Below, one piece after another: positions 1-11,221 of a stretch of DNA of 32,000 bases. The notes below the pieces were generated by a model. That model ran no database searches, had not been told where the DNA came from, and saw only the letters and a list, made by a program, of their open reading frames with translations. Source of the stretch: Candidatus Saccharimonas aalborgensis (GTDB lineage Bacteria; Patescibacteriota; Saccharimonadia; Saccharimonadales; Saccharimonadaceae); assembly GCF_000392435.1 (NCBI RefSeq), contig NC_021219.1, positions 690,001-722,000 of the forward strand, read 5' to 3'. Positions within the stretch are counted from its first letter, which is position 1. Each line of letters begins with the position of its first letter. A program made the translations under genes and the position numbers.

Positions 1-387
1 AATGACATAGTTGTAGGTATGGATGTGGTCACCGTTAGTGAACAAACGCTGCTCGTCATCAGTCAAAACGGGTACGGAAAGATTACAAAAGTGGCAAACT
101 TTCCGAGCCATAAGCGGGGAGGGGTGGGAATAAAAGCCGCTGTTGTAACAAATAAAACGGGACCTATTATCACTGTTCAAACACTAGAAGCAGGAGCGAA
201 TGAAGCACTACTCATTAGTCAGGGTGGACAGACGATCCGTGTTTTGTTAAGTGATATCCCGACACTTGGTCGAACTACACAGGGAGTGCGTATAATGCGC
301 TTGTCCGAAGGGGATGCTGTTTCTTCAATCGGCATTATGCAAGAAACCGAACTGTCTCTCGATGGAGATCAAGAGGAGAAGGGATAA
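1..387 (+). CDS. gyrA: DNA gyrase subunit A, C-terminal fragment (5' end lies outside the window)
   Basis: Frame 1 is open from base 1 (NDIVVGMDVV...) to TAA at 385-387. The translation shows the repeated GyrA C-terminal beta-pinwheel pattern (GYGKITK..HKRGGVGIKA; QGGQTIRV..GRTTQGVRIMRL) and an acidic tail. Confidence 0.85.
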   Translation, partial: NDIVVGMDVVTVSEQTLLVISQNGYGKITKVANFPSHKRGGVGIKAAVVTNKTGPIITVQTLEAGANEALLISQGGQTIRVLLSDIPTLGRTTQGVRIMRLSEGDAVSSIGIMQETELSLDGDQEEKG

Positions 388-393
388 GCCTAT

Positions 394-828
394 ATGGAAC
401 AAGTCATCTCACCATATATACTCGCCATCATCGCTGCATGGGTGCTGGCACATATCATAAAATACGGCATCGCCTGGCTTAAGGGGAAGCAGCTCGATCT
501 AACCCACCAGCTCTTTATCTCAGGTGGTATGCCGAGTTCACATGCTGCTACTTCAGTTGCGGTTTGGACTGTTGTCCTGCTGAAGGAAGGGTACCGCTCG
601 GCGATTTTTGGATTAGCTACGCTGGTGGTACTAATCGTATGCTATGACGCTGTAAAGGTACGGCGTTCAGTTGGTGAACAGGGGAATGCAATCCAAGAGA
701 TCATCAAGAAAACAAATATCAAGGTAAACGTACCTCGTTCAGCTCAAGGTCATACCCCGCTTGAAGTAATCGCAGGGTCTTTGTTGGGCTGCGTTATTGG
801 GGTGCTCGTGTTTGTCTTTACAAAATAA
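394..828 (+). CDS. Divergent PAP2 / acid phosphatase-vanadium haloperoxidase-related membrane protein (DUF212-like)
   Basis: 144 aa with several hydrophobic helices. Motifs SGGMPSSHAA and GHTPLEVIAGSLLG are as I recall for the divergent PAP2 family. An SD-like GAGGAGAAGGG lies upstream, 6 nt after the gyrA stop. Confidence 0.7.
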   Translation: MEQVISPYILAIIAAWVLAHIIKYGIAWLKGKQLDLTHQLFISGGMPSSHAATSVAVWTVVLLKEGYRSAIFGLATLVVLIVCYDAVKVRRSVGEQGNAIQEIIKKTNIKVNVPRSAQGHTPLEVIAGSLLGCVIGVLVFVFTK

Positions 829-842
829 GATATAAAACACTC

Positions 843-871
843 TTGACGCGATATGCTATCTGCGATATGAT
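843..871 (+). promoter_or_regulatory. Sigma70-type promoter for the 16S rRNA unit (TTGACG-17 nt-TATGAT)
   Basis: TTGACG at 843-848 and TATGAT at 866-871 with an exact 17-nt spacer, about 150 nt upstream of the 16S 5' end. Confidence 0.55.
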
Positions 872-931
872 GGTTTGAGTCTGGTCGTGGGTAAGCGATA
901 AACAACTAATGGAGTTGAACAGATGCGAGAG

Positions 932-955
932 TTATTTAACAATTTGGTTGTGCAA
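932..955 (+). other. 16S leader: boxA-like element (TTATTTAACAATTTGG) overlapping the 5' arm of the pre-16S processing stem
   Basis: 936-955 (ttaacaatttggttgtgcaa) is the exact reverse complement of 2671-2690. The TTAACAATTTG core recurs in the 23S leader at 4606-4616. Confidence 0.7.
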
Positions 956-1019
956 TAATCATCGTCAGTCTATTTTGAGTAGACGCTTCTTTTTTATCTG
1001 AGATAAAGCAGAAGCATCT

Positions 1020-2524
<1,505 letters not shown>

Positions 2525-2670
2525 AGGGAGAAATATGCCTGGCTATCTTGAGAAATCATGGCCAGAGCTAGGTCGGTCTCGTTAATATGCAGAGCTTACA
2601 TATTAATTTACCCTCGCACGTATGTGCAGGGCGAGACGAAAGTTCATTTTGTTAGACAAAACGATAGATG

Positions 2671-2690
2671 TTGCACAACCAAATTGTTAA
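2671..2690 (+). other. 3' arm of the pre-16S processing stem
   Basis: ttgcacaaccaaattgttaa is the perfect 20-nt complement of 936-955, bracketing the 16S as expected for an RNase III-type processing helix. Confidence 0.7.
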
Positions 2691-2693
2691 ATT

Positions 2694-2723
2694 AAAAAAT
2701 CCCCCATAATAGGGGATTTTTTT
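2694..2723. terminator. Bidirectional rho-independent terminator (A-run / 6-bp GC stem / T-run)
   Basis: aaaaaATCCCCcataataGGGGATtttttt. It lies between the end of the 16S unit and the stop of the convergent minus-strand ORF at 2737. Confidence 0.6.
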
Positions 2724-2736
2724 GTGGATAGGTTTC

Positions 2737-2970
2737 CTATCTGTGAAAGAGACCACCAATGAGCATATTGAGAATAAGTGTGTGAAGGTTCAACATCGTT
2801 AAGAGTCCAATCCCACAACCTATAAGCCCCCAAAGTTTATACCGTTCATAGCTACTAACGCCGCTCCCCAAGTTGTCTGCAATCTGTCGATACCAAACTG
2901 TTAGTGCTGCGCCTGCCAACAAAATAAGAAACCCTATGCCGAACCATGTCCAACTAAATTCGTATGTCAT
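2737..2970 (-). CDS. Small membrane protein, two predicted TM helices (hypothetical)
   Basis: 77 aa with two clear hydrophobic segments (WFGIGFLILLAGAALTVWY; LWGLIGCGIGLLTMLNL). On the minus strand TGgTATACT ends 7 nt before the ATG. The terminator lies just downstream. Confidence 0.5.
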   Translation of the reverse strand: MTYEFSWTWFGIGFLILLAGAALTVWYRQIADNLGSGVSSYERYKLWGLIGCGIGLLTMLNLHTLILNMLIGGLFHR

Positions 2971-2987
2971 ATATCATAGTATACCAC

Positions 2988-3016
2988 TTGTCATTTTAGG
3001 TAGTGTACTGTACTAT
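2988..3016 (+). promoter_or_regulatory. Promoter for the tRNA-Ala/Ile/Val cluster (TTGTCA-17 nt-TACTAT)
   Basis: TTGTCA at 2988-2993 and TACTAT at 3011-3016 with a 17-nt spacer, about 20 nt upstream of tRNA-Ala. Confidence 0.5.
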
Positions 3017-3037
3017 GGACAGAGTTCGTTTCCAAAT

Positions 3038-3114
3038 GGGGGCATAGCTCAGTTGGCTAGAGCACCTGCTTTGCAAGCAGGGGGTCCAGGGTTCGAGTCC
3101 CTGTGCCTCCACCA
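3038..3114 (+). tRNA. tRNA-Ala (anticodon UGC), CCA encoded
   Basis: Cloverleaf folds by hand: acceptor GGGGGCA/TGCCTCC includes the G3:U70 alanine identity pair, anticodon loop cTTTGCAag, T-arm CAGGGTTCGAGTCCCTG, and terminal ACCA. Confidence 0.95.
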
Positions 3115-3244
3115 AGATAAGCGATGAATGATAAAATTGATCGTTTATCTTGGTTCCCTGGAATGAGGAACCACGCACCTAATATATGGGGTGAACCAGG
3201 CTTCGGTCTGGATCACTCCACCAGATTGTTTAACACTGACCTAT

Positions 3245-3321
3245 GGGCGATTAGCTCAGCTGGTTAGAGCGCGTCACTGATAATGACGAGGTCGGAGGTT
3301 CAAGTCCCTCATCGCCCACCA
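3245..3321 (+). tRNA. tRNA-Ile (anticodon GAU), CCA encoded
   Basis: GGGCGAT..ATCGCCC acceptor, anticodon arm CGTCA-CTGATAA-TGACG, T-arm GGAGGTTCAAGTCCCTC, and terminal ACCA. Confidence 0.95.
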
Positions 3322-3352
3322 GTTAGTGTTAATCAGTCATGTACTACGGGAC

Positions 3353-3429
3353 GGGCGCTTAGCTCAGTTGGCTAGAGCATCTCGTTTACACCGAGAGGGT
3401 CGGGGGTTCGAGCCCCTCAGCGCCCACCA
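3353..3429 (+). tRNA. tRNA-Val (anticodon UAC), CCA encoded
   Basis: GGGCGCT..AGCGCCC acceptor, anticodon arm TCTCG-TTTACAC-CGAGA, T-arm GGGGGTTCGAGCCCCTC, and terminal ACCA. Confidence 0.95.
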
Positions 3430-3470
3430 AAAGAAATACCCTATCCGAAAGGATGGGGTATTTCTTTTGG
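3430..3470 (+). terminator. Rho-independent terminator after the tRNA cluster
   Basis: aaagaaataccctatcc-GAAA-ggatggggtatttcttt is a long stem with a GNRA loop and a T-rich 3' side, starting immediately after the tRNA-Val CCA. Confidence 0.65.
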
Positions 3471-3605
3471 TGAGAGTCCTGAAAGGACTTTGAATACCCG
3501 AAGGGGGTTCGGTGGAGCGAGAAAGGAAACTCGTGCTTGCACGTGTCCCTTTCGAGCGGAAGAGCGAATAATGTGAGCGACCCTTGTGTTGGTTTTTAGT
3601 TCCAG

Positions 3606-3644
3606 GGGTCGCGGAACGTGACCGAGCCCCTCAGCGCCCACCAA
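3606..3644 (+). pseudogene. Displaced 3' fragment of tRNA-Val (att-like direct repeat)
   Basis: 3623-3644 (cgagcccctcagcgcccaccaa) is identical to 3409-3430, the tRNA-Val 3' end plus 1 nt. Weaker similarity (gggtcg) extends upstream, but the T-loop is disrupted. Confidence 0.7.
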
Positions 3645-3711
3645 TCGGCAGTCTAATGTTTAAGTGAATAAGGAGCTAGCCTGAATACGAAGCTTGAGGT
3701 ATCATTCTTTC

Positions 3712-4293
3712 ATGGATACTTTCTATGTAGTTGCCGAGATGACGTATAAGGGTAATGATTTGGGAGTATCTGTCGATACAAACGCGTCAGATGGTAAGCA
3801 ATCAAAAGCTTTTGTAATGATAGCCCTTGGCTTCCTGCTCAGGGTAGGATTAACCTTATCAGGAAAATATCAGAAAGAATATCTGAGGTTCATGGAGGGG
3901 GGAGTACAAGGGGTTCATGATGCCATGGACTATTTTGAGTACCAGTATTGTGCTGTACATAAAATCGATAGGGTAGGGGTTCTAGATGGACGTATAGCCA
4001 GGCCAGACCGAGAGATTAGTTTCTATATGCACGCAATTGAAGGAGGTTCGCACACCACAAAGTATCGCCAAGAAGGGTTCAGGGTTTTTGATAGACGCGT
4101 AGAACTAGACGCGCTTCTAGGGGCGTTATTGTTGGCGGATTATGTTTTTGCTCGACACTCCGAACAACCGTTATTTGCAGAGGATTATGACATCGCAATT
4201 AAATATCTAGCGTCCAATGTGGTACATAATCGATACAAAATGTCTGTCACCGAAGAGTTAAAACTGATCGACGAGATTGCATATGAGTTCTAG
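3712..4293 (+). CDS. Hypothetical protein (orphan ORF inside the rRNA locus)
   Basis: Long ORF of 193 aa from ATG 3712. The ORF track starts it at TTG 3694. TATCAT at 3700-3705 ends 6 nt before the ATG. I recognise no domain. Confidence 0.6.
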   Translation: MDTFYVVAEMTYKGNDLGVSVDTNASDGKQSKAFVMIALGFLLRVGLTLSGKYQKEYLRFMEGGVQGVHDAMDYFEYQYCAVHKIDRVGVLDGRIARPDREISFYMHAIEGGSHTTKYRQEGFRVFDRRVELDALLGALLLADYVFARHSEQPLFAEDYDIAIKYLASNVVHNRYKMSVTEELKLIDEIAYEF

Positions 4294-4338
4294 TCTGCAT
4301 GTTTTTAGCTATTATCCAGGTATTTTTACAAAAATCCC

Positions 4339-4367
4339 TTGCAATTCTCGCAAAAAGCGAGTACAAT
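4339..4367 (+). promoter_or_regulatory. Promoter for the 23S-5S unit (TTGCAA-17 nt-TACAAT)
   Basis: TTGCAA at 4339-4344 and TACAAT at 4362-4367 with an exact 17-nt spacer, about 300 nt upstream of the 23S. Confidence 0.6.
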
Positions 4368-4603
4368 AGACCCTTAGTAAGCGAATGTTCATATGAACCT
4401 CTGGCGATTTTGGTACAAAACAATCCGAAACGCGAGAGGATTTTTTATCGCGAAAATCACAACGATATTGCCCTGGACACGGTAGTTGACGGGTGGTACG
4501 ATAGGCTGAGTTACGAAACCACCAACACCTTAAACGCAGACAAAATTACATCAAGCATAAGCACGATGTATAGAAATGTGCGCTTAAGATATGGGAGCAC
4601 GAA

Positions 4604-4616
4604 TCTTAACAATTTG
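4604..4616 (+). promoter_or_regulatory. boxA-like antitermination element in the 23S leader
   Basis: tcTTAACAATTTGa shares the TTAACAATTTG core with the 16S leader (937-947) and resembles the bacterial boxA consensus (..CTTTAACAA..). Confidence 0.4.
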
Positions 4617-4673
4617 ATGATGTAAGAAATGAAAGATTGACGGTAATGATGTGGTTGTGAACAACAATTACTA

Positions 4674-7900
<3,227 letters not shown>

Positions 7901-8078
7901 TATTTAGTGAAAATTATCGCTTGCGATAGTGACGCTAAATAAGATAGACTTAACTAGTAATTGGTGTTCATACACCAACGTTCAATCTTTCACAAGTTAC
8001 CGTGTCTATGTCATTGACATCGAAATAAGGCTTTTCCCAGGTTGCCCTGCGCTGGAACCTCAGAGGAGCAAAGCCTTA

Positions 8079-8189
8079 TTTCGGTGCCCATGGCGATGAG
8101 GAAATACCTGTTCTCATTCCGAACACAGAAGTCAAGCTCATCAGCGGCGATTATACTGCCACAAGTGGGAAACTAGCACGGTGCCGAAT
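8079..8189 (+). rRNA. rrf: 5S ribosomal RNA
   Basis: ttcggtgcc..ccgaacacagaagtcaagc..ggtgccgaa. The terminal helix pairs by hand, and the loop C / helix III consensus CCGAACAC is present. Confidence 0.9.
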
Positions 8190-8196
8190 TTTCAAG

Positions 8197-8221
8197 AAGA
8201 CCTCCGAAAGGAGGTTTTTTT
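8197..8221 (+). terminator. Rho-independent terminator after 5S
   Basis: ACCTCC-GAAA-GGAGGT followed by seven T. Confidence 0.7.
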
Positions 8222-8357
8222 GTAAATTCGCTTCTTTTGGTATTTCTGCTTTTGCGCAGGATAAACCCGACGGCGGATAAAACAAGGAGATGAGCGAAAA
8301 GAAAACTTGTTTTCTTTTCCGAGACGACGCAGTTTTACATCTTTGCAAAGCAAAGGT

Positions 8358-8398
8358 ATTATACTGCCACAAGTGGGAAACTAGCACGGCGCCGAATT
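8358..8398 (+). repeat. Displaced copy of the 5S rRNA 3' end (41 nt, 40/41 identical)
   Basis: 8358-8398 matches 8150-8190 (attatactgccacaagtgggaaactagcacggYgccgaatt) with one T/C difference, offset 208 bp. Confidence 0.8.
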
Positions 8399-8404
8399 AT
8401 GCAT

Positions 8405-8429
8405 AAAGCCACCCGAAAGGGTGGTTTTT
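8405..8429 (+). terminator. Second rho-independent terminator, after the 5S fragment
   Basis: CCACCC-GAAA-GGGTGG followed by five T. It has the same architecture as 8197-8221, with paired (compensatory) stem differences. Confidence 0.6.
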
Positions 8430-8544
8430 GCGTGGGCCTACTAGAATGCCTGATACCGTCAGAGTGCTAGCATGAAAGACTGTTTCTAAGAGGCTACCGA
8501 GGTGGCGGGATGTTGCAATGGTGTGGTAGGTCAGCAAGGGAGCA

Positions 8545-8573
8545 TTGACTTTATGAGACGTTTATGATAAGAT
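8545..8573 (+). promoter_or_regulatory. Candidate promoter (TTGACT-17 nt-TAAGAT) for the 8610 ORF
   Basis: TTGACT at 8545-8550 and TAAGAT at 8568-8573 with a 17-nt spacer. Confidence 0.45.
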
Positions 8574-8609
8574 TGAAGTGTAATTTAACTAGGAAATAAA
8601 TATTCAAAT

Positions 8610-9281
8610 ATGTCAACTAACGTAGAGCATCTTCATACTACGCGCTCGTTGTCTTTGAAGCTTGCCGAGGAGCTTCCTCCGTTTGAGGTGGGAGATTTAT
8701 CGGGGTTTCAGAATCGTGCTACATGGGGGACGCTTGAACGTGCTCTTGCTGATCAAGATTGTGAGCAACTTGTTTTGGCTATAGAGGAGTTTAAGAGGCG
8801 CTTGACGGGAGAAGAAAATTCAGTAAAGTGCATGGAGCTCGCAGTGATAATAGCGATGAGTGAAATGTATGAGCAACGAGTCCAGCGCTTGGATCCTAGC
8901 CTGAAATTAATGACTAGCACGGCTGGGGCAATCAACACACTTCGTACCCAAATACTTGATCCAGTCCCTGGCTCTAAAGACGAATCGTATGACTTTGAGC
9001 TGCAAGTACTAGAAGAGCTGTTAAACCACGGTATATCTGCATATATGGCATCGCCTCGAGAAGAACAGAGCCAGTATTCTGCCTACAATCATGATTTATA
9101 TATCTTATCGGGCACAAAAAAGGTTCCTATTTCCGTAAAAATTGGCGGCAAAAGCACTTCTAAATATGCCGGTGGTGTACGATGTATCAGTAAAAAACGG
9201 GTAGCTAGCGACGCAGGAGTGTGGGCTCATTTGCTTAAGCAAATCCCAGAACTCGCGAGTTTCGGTGCCATTGCTAGGTAG
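8610..9281 (+). CDS. Hypothetical protein
   Basis: 223-aa ORF with ordinary composition and no family motif that I can assign. Two hairpins follow it (9301-9330 and 9339-9369). Confidence 0.6.
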   Translation: MSTNVEHLHTTRSLSLKLAEELPPFEVGDLSGFQNRATWGTLERALADQDCEQLVLAIEEFKRRLTGEENSVKCMELAVIIAMSEMYEQRVQRLDPSLKLMTSTAGAINTLRTQILDPVPGSKDESYDFELQVLEELLNHGISAYMASPREEQSQYSAYNHDLYILSGTKKVPISVKIGGKSTSKYAGGVRCISKKRVASDAGVWAHLLKQIPELASFGAIAR

Positions 9282-9485
9282 ACTCGCTATTACCTAGACA
9301 AATACCCCGACAATCGACGGGGTATTACTTGATGGTGGATTCTCGGATCTCGCAGGAAGCGAGAATCCATGTTGTGGTGAACTCGTAGTTTTTTGATCAG
9401 AGTTCAAACAGGTGCCTATATATAATATCGCACAGCAAGCATAAGTGCAACAGTTATTTCACCATAAAAATAATATCTGTAACCA

Positions 9486-9514
9486 TTGACATTTTGTATC
9501 GTTTGTGCTAATAT
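9486..9514 (+). promoter_or_regulatory. Promoter (TTGACA-17 nt-TAATAT) upstream of the KGG-repeat gene
   Basis: Consensus -35 at 9486-9491 and TAATAT at 9509-9514 with a 17-nt spacer. This predicts a leader of about 100 nt. Confidence 0.55.
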
Positions 9515-9623
9515 AGATACATACACATCTCAGATGTGAGGTAAAGCGAGGGTTTTGGCGCTCCTAATCAGGGGTCGCCGGAGCCCTTATTAATTTGCCC
9601 GTTGGGGCAGGGAGAAGCTTGAA

Positions 9624-9830
9624 ATGGCTGGAACAAAAGCTGGCGGCCTGAAGGCTGCACAAAAGAACCTTGCAAAAGACCCTAATTTTTATGCAAAAAT
9701 TGGTCGCAAGGGTGGTCAGAATGGCCACACTGGTGGTTTTGCTGCAAACCCACAACTCGCTCGTATCGCGGGCGCAAAAGGTGGACGCATTTCACGTCGC
9801 ACAAAAAAGACAGTAGCAACTGAAAAGTAA
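9624..9830 (+). CDS. KGG-repeat general stress protein (YciG/GsiB-like)
   Basis: 68 aa, basic and Gly-rich, with repeated GRKGGQN.. / GAKGGRIS and GGFAANP..A motifs typical of the stress-induced KGG repeat family. GGGAGA lies 9 nt upstream of the ATG. Confidence 0.75.
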   Translation: MAGTKAGGLKAAQKNLAKDPNFYAKIGRKGGQNGHTGGFAANPQLARIAGAKGGRISRRTKKTVATEK

Positions 9831-9861
9831 GCCACTGGACAAATAGGAGTCGAAATAGACT

Positions 9862-9891
9862 AAAAAACGTTCGTTAGCGCGAACGTTTTTT
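9862..9891. terminator. Bidirectional terminator between convergent genes
   Basis: aaaaaacgttcg-ttagcg-cgaacgtttttt is a 12-bp stem with an A-run and a T-run. It overlaps the last codons of the minus-strand ORF. Confidence 0.6.
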
Positions 9892-10347
9892 AGTGCTATA
9901 TCGCCTTAGGGCACAGGTTCGCGCTTCATTGACGCGCCATTCATGCTGACAGGCGGCGCAGCGGTAGTGATTTGACGCAGCCTGTAGCCCGGTTGAGTTG
10001 CAGTGAGGACAGAGAGAACGACTATGTAGCCAGTCTCTATAGGTATCAAGTGACTCCTCGATGTCGGAATCATCGATGATGATTTGGTACATATCGGCGA
10101 GCTCTCGGGCTTTGTCCCAGGCGGCTCGTTCCATCTCAAGTAATTGTGTATCAGTCTGGTACCCTTGATGTCCTAGTATCGCATGGCCTACTTCGTGCAA
10201 GAGATACGCGTCACACTTGCGACGCGAGGGGTCGTAGGTGACGGTATGCGTGGAATAATCCCAGCCAAAAGTCGTTCCCTTGGTGAAATTAAGGGGATTA
10301 TCTTTACTGGCTTTGAGCTGCTCTATCAGCCAGGAAGTCTTTGCCAT
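9874..10347 (-). CDS. Putative zinc metallopeptidase (HEXXH, ImmA/IrrE-like) with C-terminal Cys4 zinc ribbon
   Basis: LLHEVGHAILGH motif, then CPHC..(16 aa)..CAAC. 157 aa. The start overlaps the 3' end of the ROK gene by 44 nt. Confidence 0.6.
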   Translation of the reverse strand: MAKTSWLIEQLKASKDNPLNFTKGTTFGWDYSTHTVTYDPSRRKCDAYLLHEVGHAILGHQGYQTDTQLLEMERAAWDKARELADMYQIIIDDSDIEESLDTYRDWLHSRSLCPHCNSTGLQAASNHYRCAACQHEWRVNEARTCALRRYSTKKRSR

Positions 10348-11140
10348 AATAGTAACATCCGTAAATTACTGCCTGTTCTGGGTGTTGAGCCTGGACAAAC
10401 TTGGGGCAGGGGATATGAGGCGGCAGGTGCTCGCGTAATATATCGACCAGCATATCGCCGTAGCGATCAAAATAGGTTCCGACGCTTCCGCCAATAATAA
10501 CGATGTCCGGCTGAATAATGGGGATAACAGCGAGGAAACCACGGCTAATGCGATCGGAGATCTGATGCCAGGTGCGTTTGCTGGTGATATCTCTTGCATA
10601 TTTTTTGTAGGTCTTGACAATGGCATGGCCGGAGGCAAATGATTCCCACTGCCGGACCTTACCATCATATTCAATCAATGCGTGACCAGCTTCGCTGTTG
10701 CGCAGGCCTGGATCGATACGTCCATTAGTAATAACACCGGTTCCGATACCTGTACTGATGGTGACATAGAGCGAGCAGGTAGGAATCGGGTGTAGGCTCC
10801 GTGTCTCGGCTAGTCCTGCGAGCTTGGCATCATTTTCAATCAATAGCGGTACATCTGGAAGGATATCGTGGAGCATTTTGGCAATGGGTACATCTATCCA
10901 GCCGCTTCCAATATTGGGGCACCATACTGCAACCCCGTCTTTCACGACGCCAGGTAGTGCCAGTATAATCGCATCGACTTTTTTTTGTCCGTATTGTTCA
11001 CGCACAACATTCTTTAAAGTAGTTGCATATTCCTTTGGGTCTGCTGGTGTGGGGTATTTGATCGACTCTCCCATTTTGCCATCACTACCAAATGACGCCA
11101 CAAGAGTTTTTGTCCCACCCGTATCAATTGTTATCAACAT
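10304..11140 (-). CDS. ROK family sugar kinase (glucokinase-like)
   Basis: N-terminal ITIDTGGTKT ATP-binding motif, ENDAKLAGLAE, and ISTGIGTGVI..G, as in ROK/glucokinase proteins. 278 aa. Confidence 0.85.
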   Translation of the reverse strand: MLITIDTGGTKTLVASFGSDGKMGESIKYPTPADPKEYATTLKNVVREQYGQKKVDAIILALPGVVKDGVAVWCPNIGSGWIDVPIAKMLHDILPDVPLLIENDAKLAGLAETRSLHPIPTCSLYVTISTGIGTGVITNGRIDPGLRNSEAGHALIEYDGKVRQWESFASGHAIVKTYKKYARDITSKRTWHQISDRISRGFLAVIPIIQPDIVIIGGSVGTYFDRYGDMLVDILREHLPPHIPCPKFVQAQHPEQAVIYGCYYYGKDFLADRAAQSQ

Positions 11141-11221
11141 ATTTCCAGTGTAGCATAAAAAATAAATTGCCTTTTACTCTCAAAGAGGATATAATAATGA
11201 GCAATAACTTGAGAGGTGCAT

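Noticed and set aside
2873-3644. ORFs 2873-3127 (+), 2996-3178 (-) and 3441-3644 (-) overlapping the tRNA cluster
   Set aside because: They overlap tRNA genes, promoters or terminators, and there is no coding signal.
4299-4625. 108-aa plus-strand ORF between the orphan gene and the 23S
   Set aside because: It contains the near-consensus 23S promoter (4339-4367) and the boxA-like element (4604-4616), and it runs into the 23S processing stem. Its composition looks like translated non-coding leader. I treat it as pre-23S leader RNA rather than a gene.
8151-8406. 78-aa minus-strand ORF over the 5S gene, and a 38-aa plus-strand ORF (ATG 8290) reading into the displaced 5S fragment
   Set aside because: The first is antisense to the 5S gene. 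The second has AAGGAG directly abutting the ATG, leaving no spacing, and reads through RNA-derived sequence. Neither has support beyond being open.
8610-9281. Possible PD-(D/E)xK nuclease motif (HDLYIL..x13..SVK) in the 223-aa hypothetical protein
   Set aside because: This is a single short, degenerate pattern with no supporting upstream acidic residue or context. It is too weak to call without profile or structure searches.
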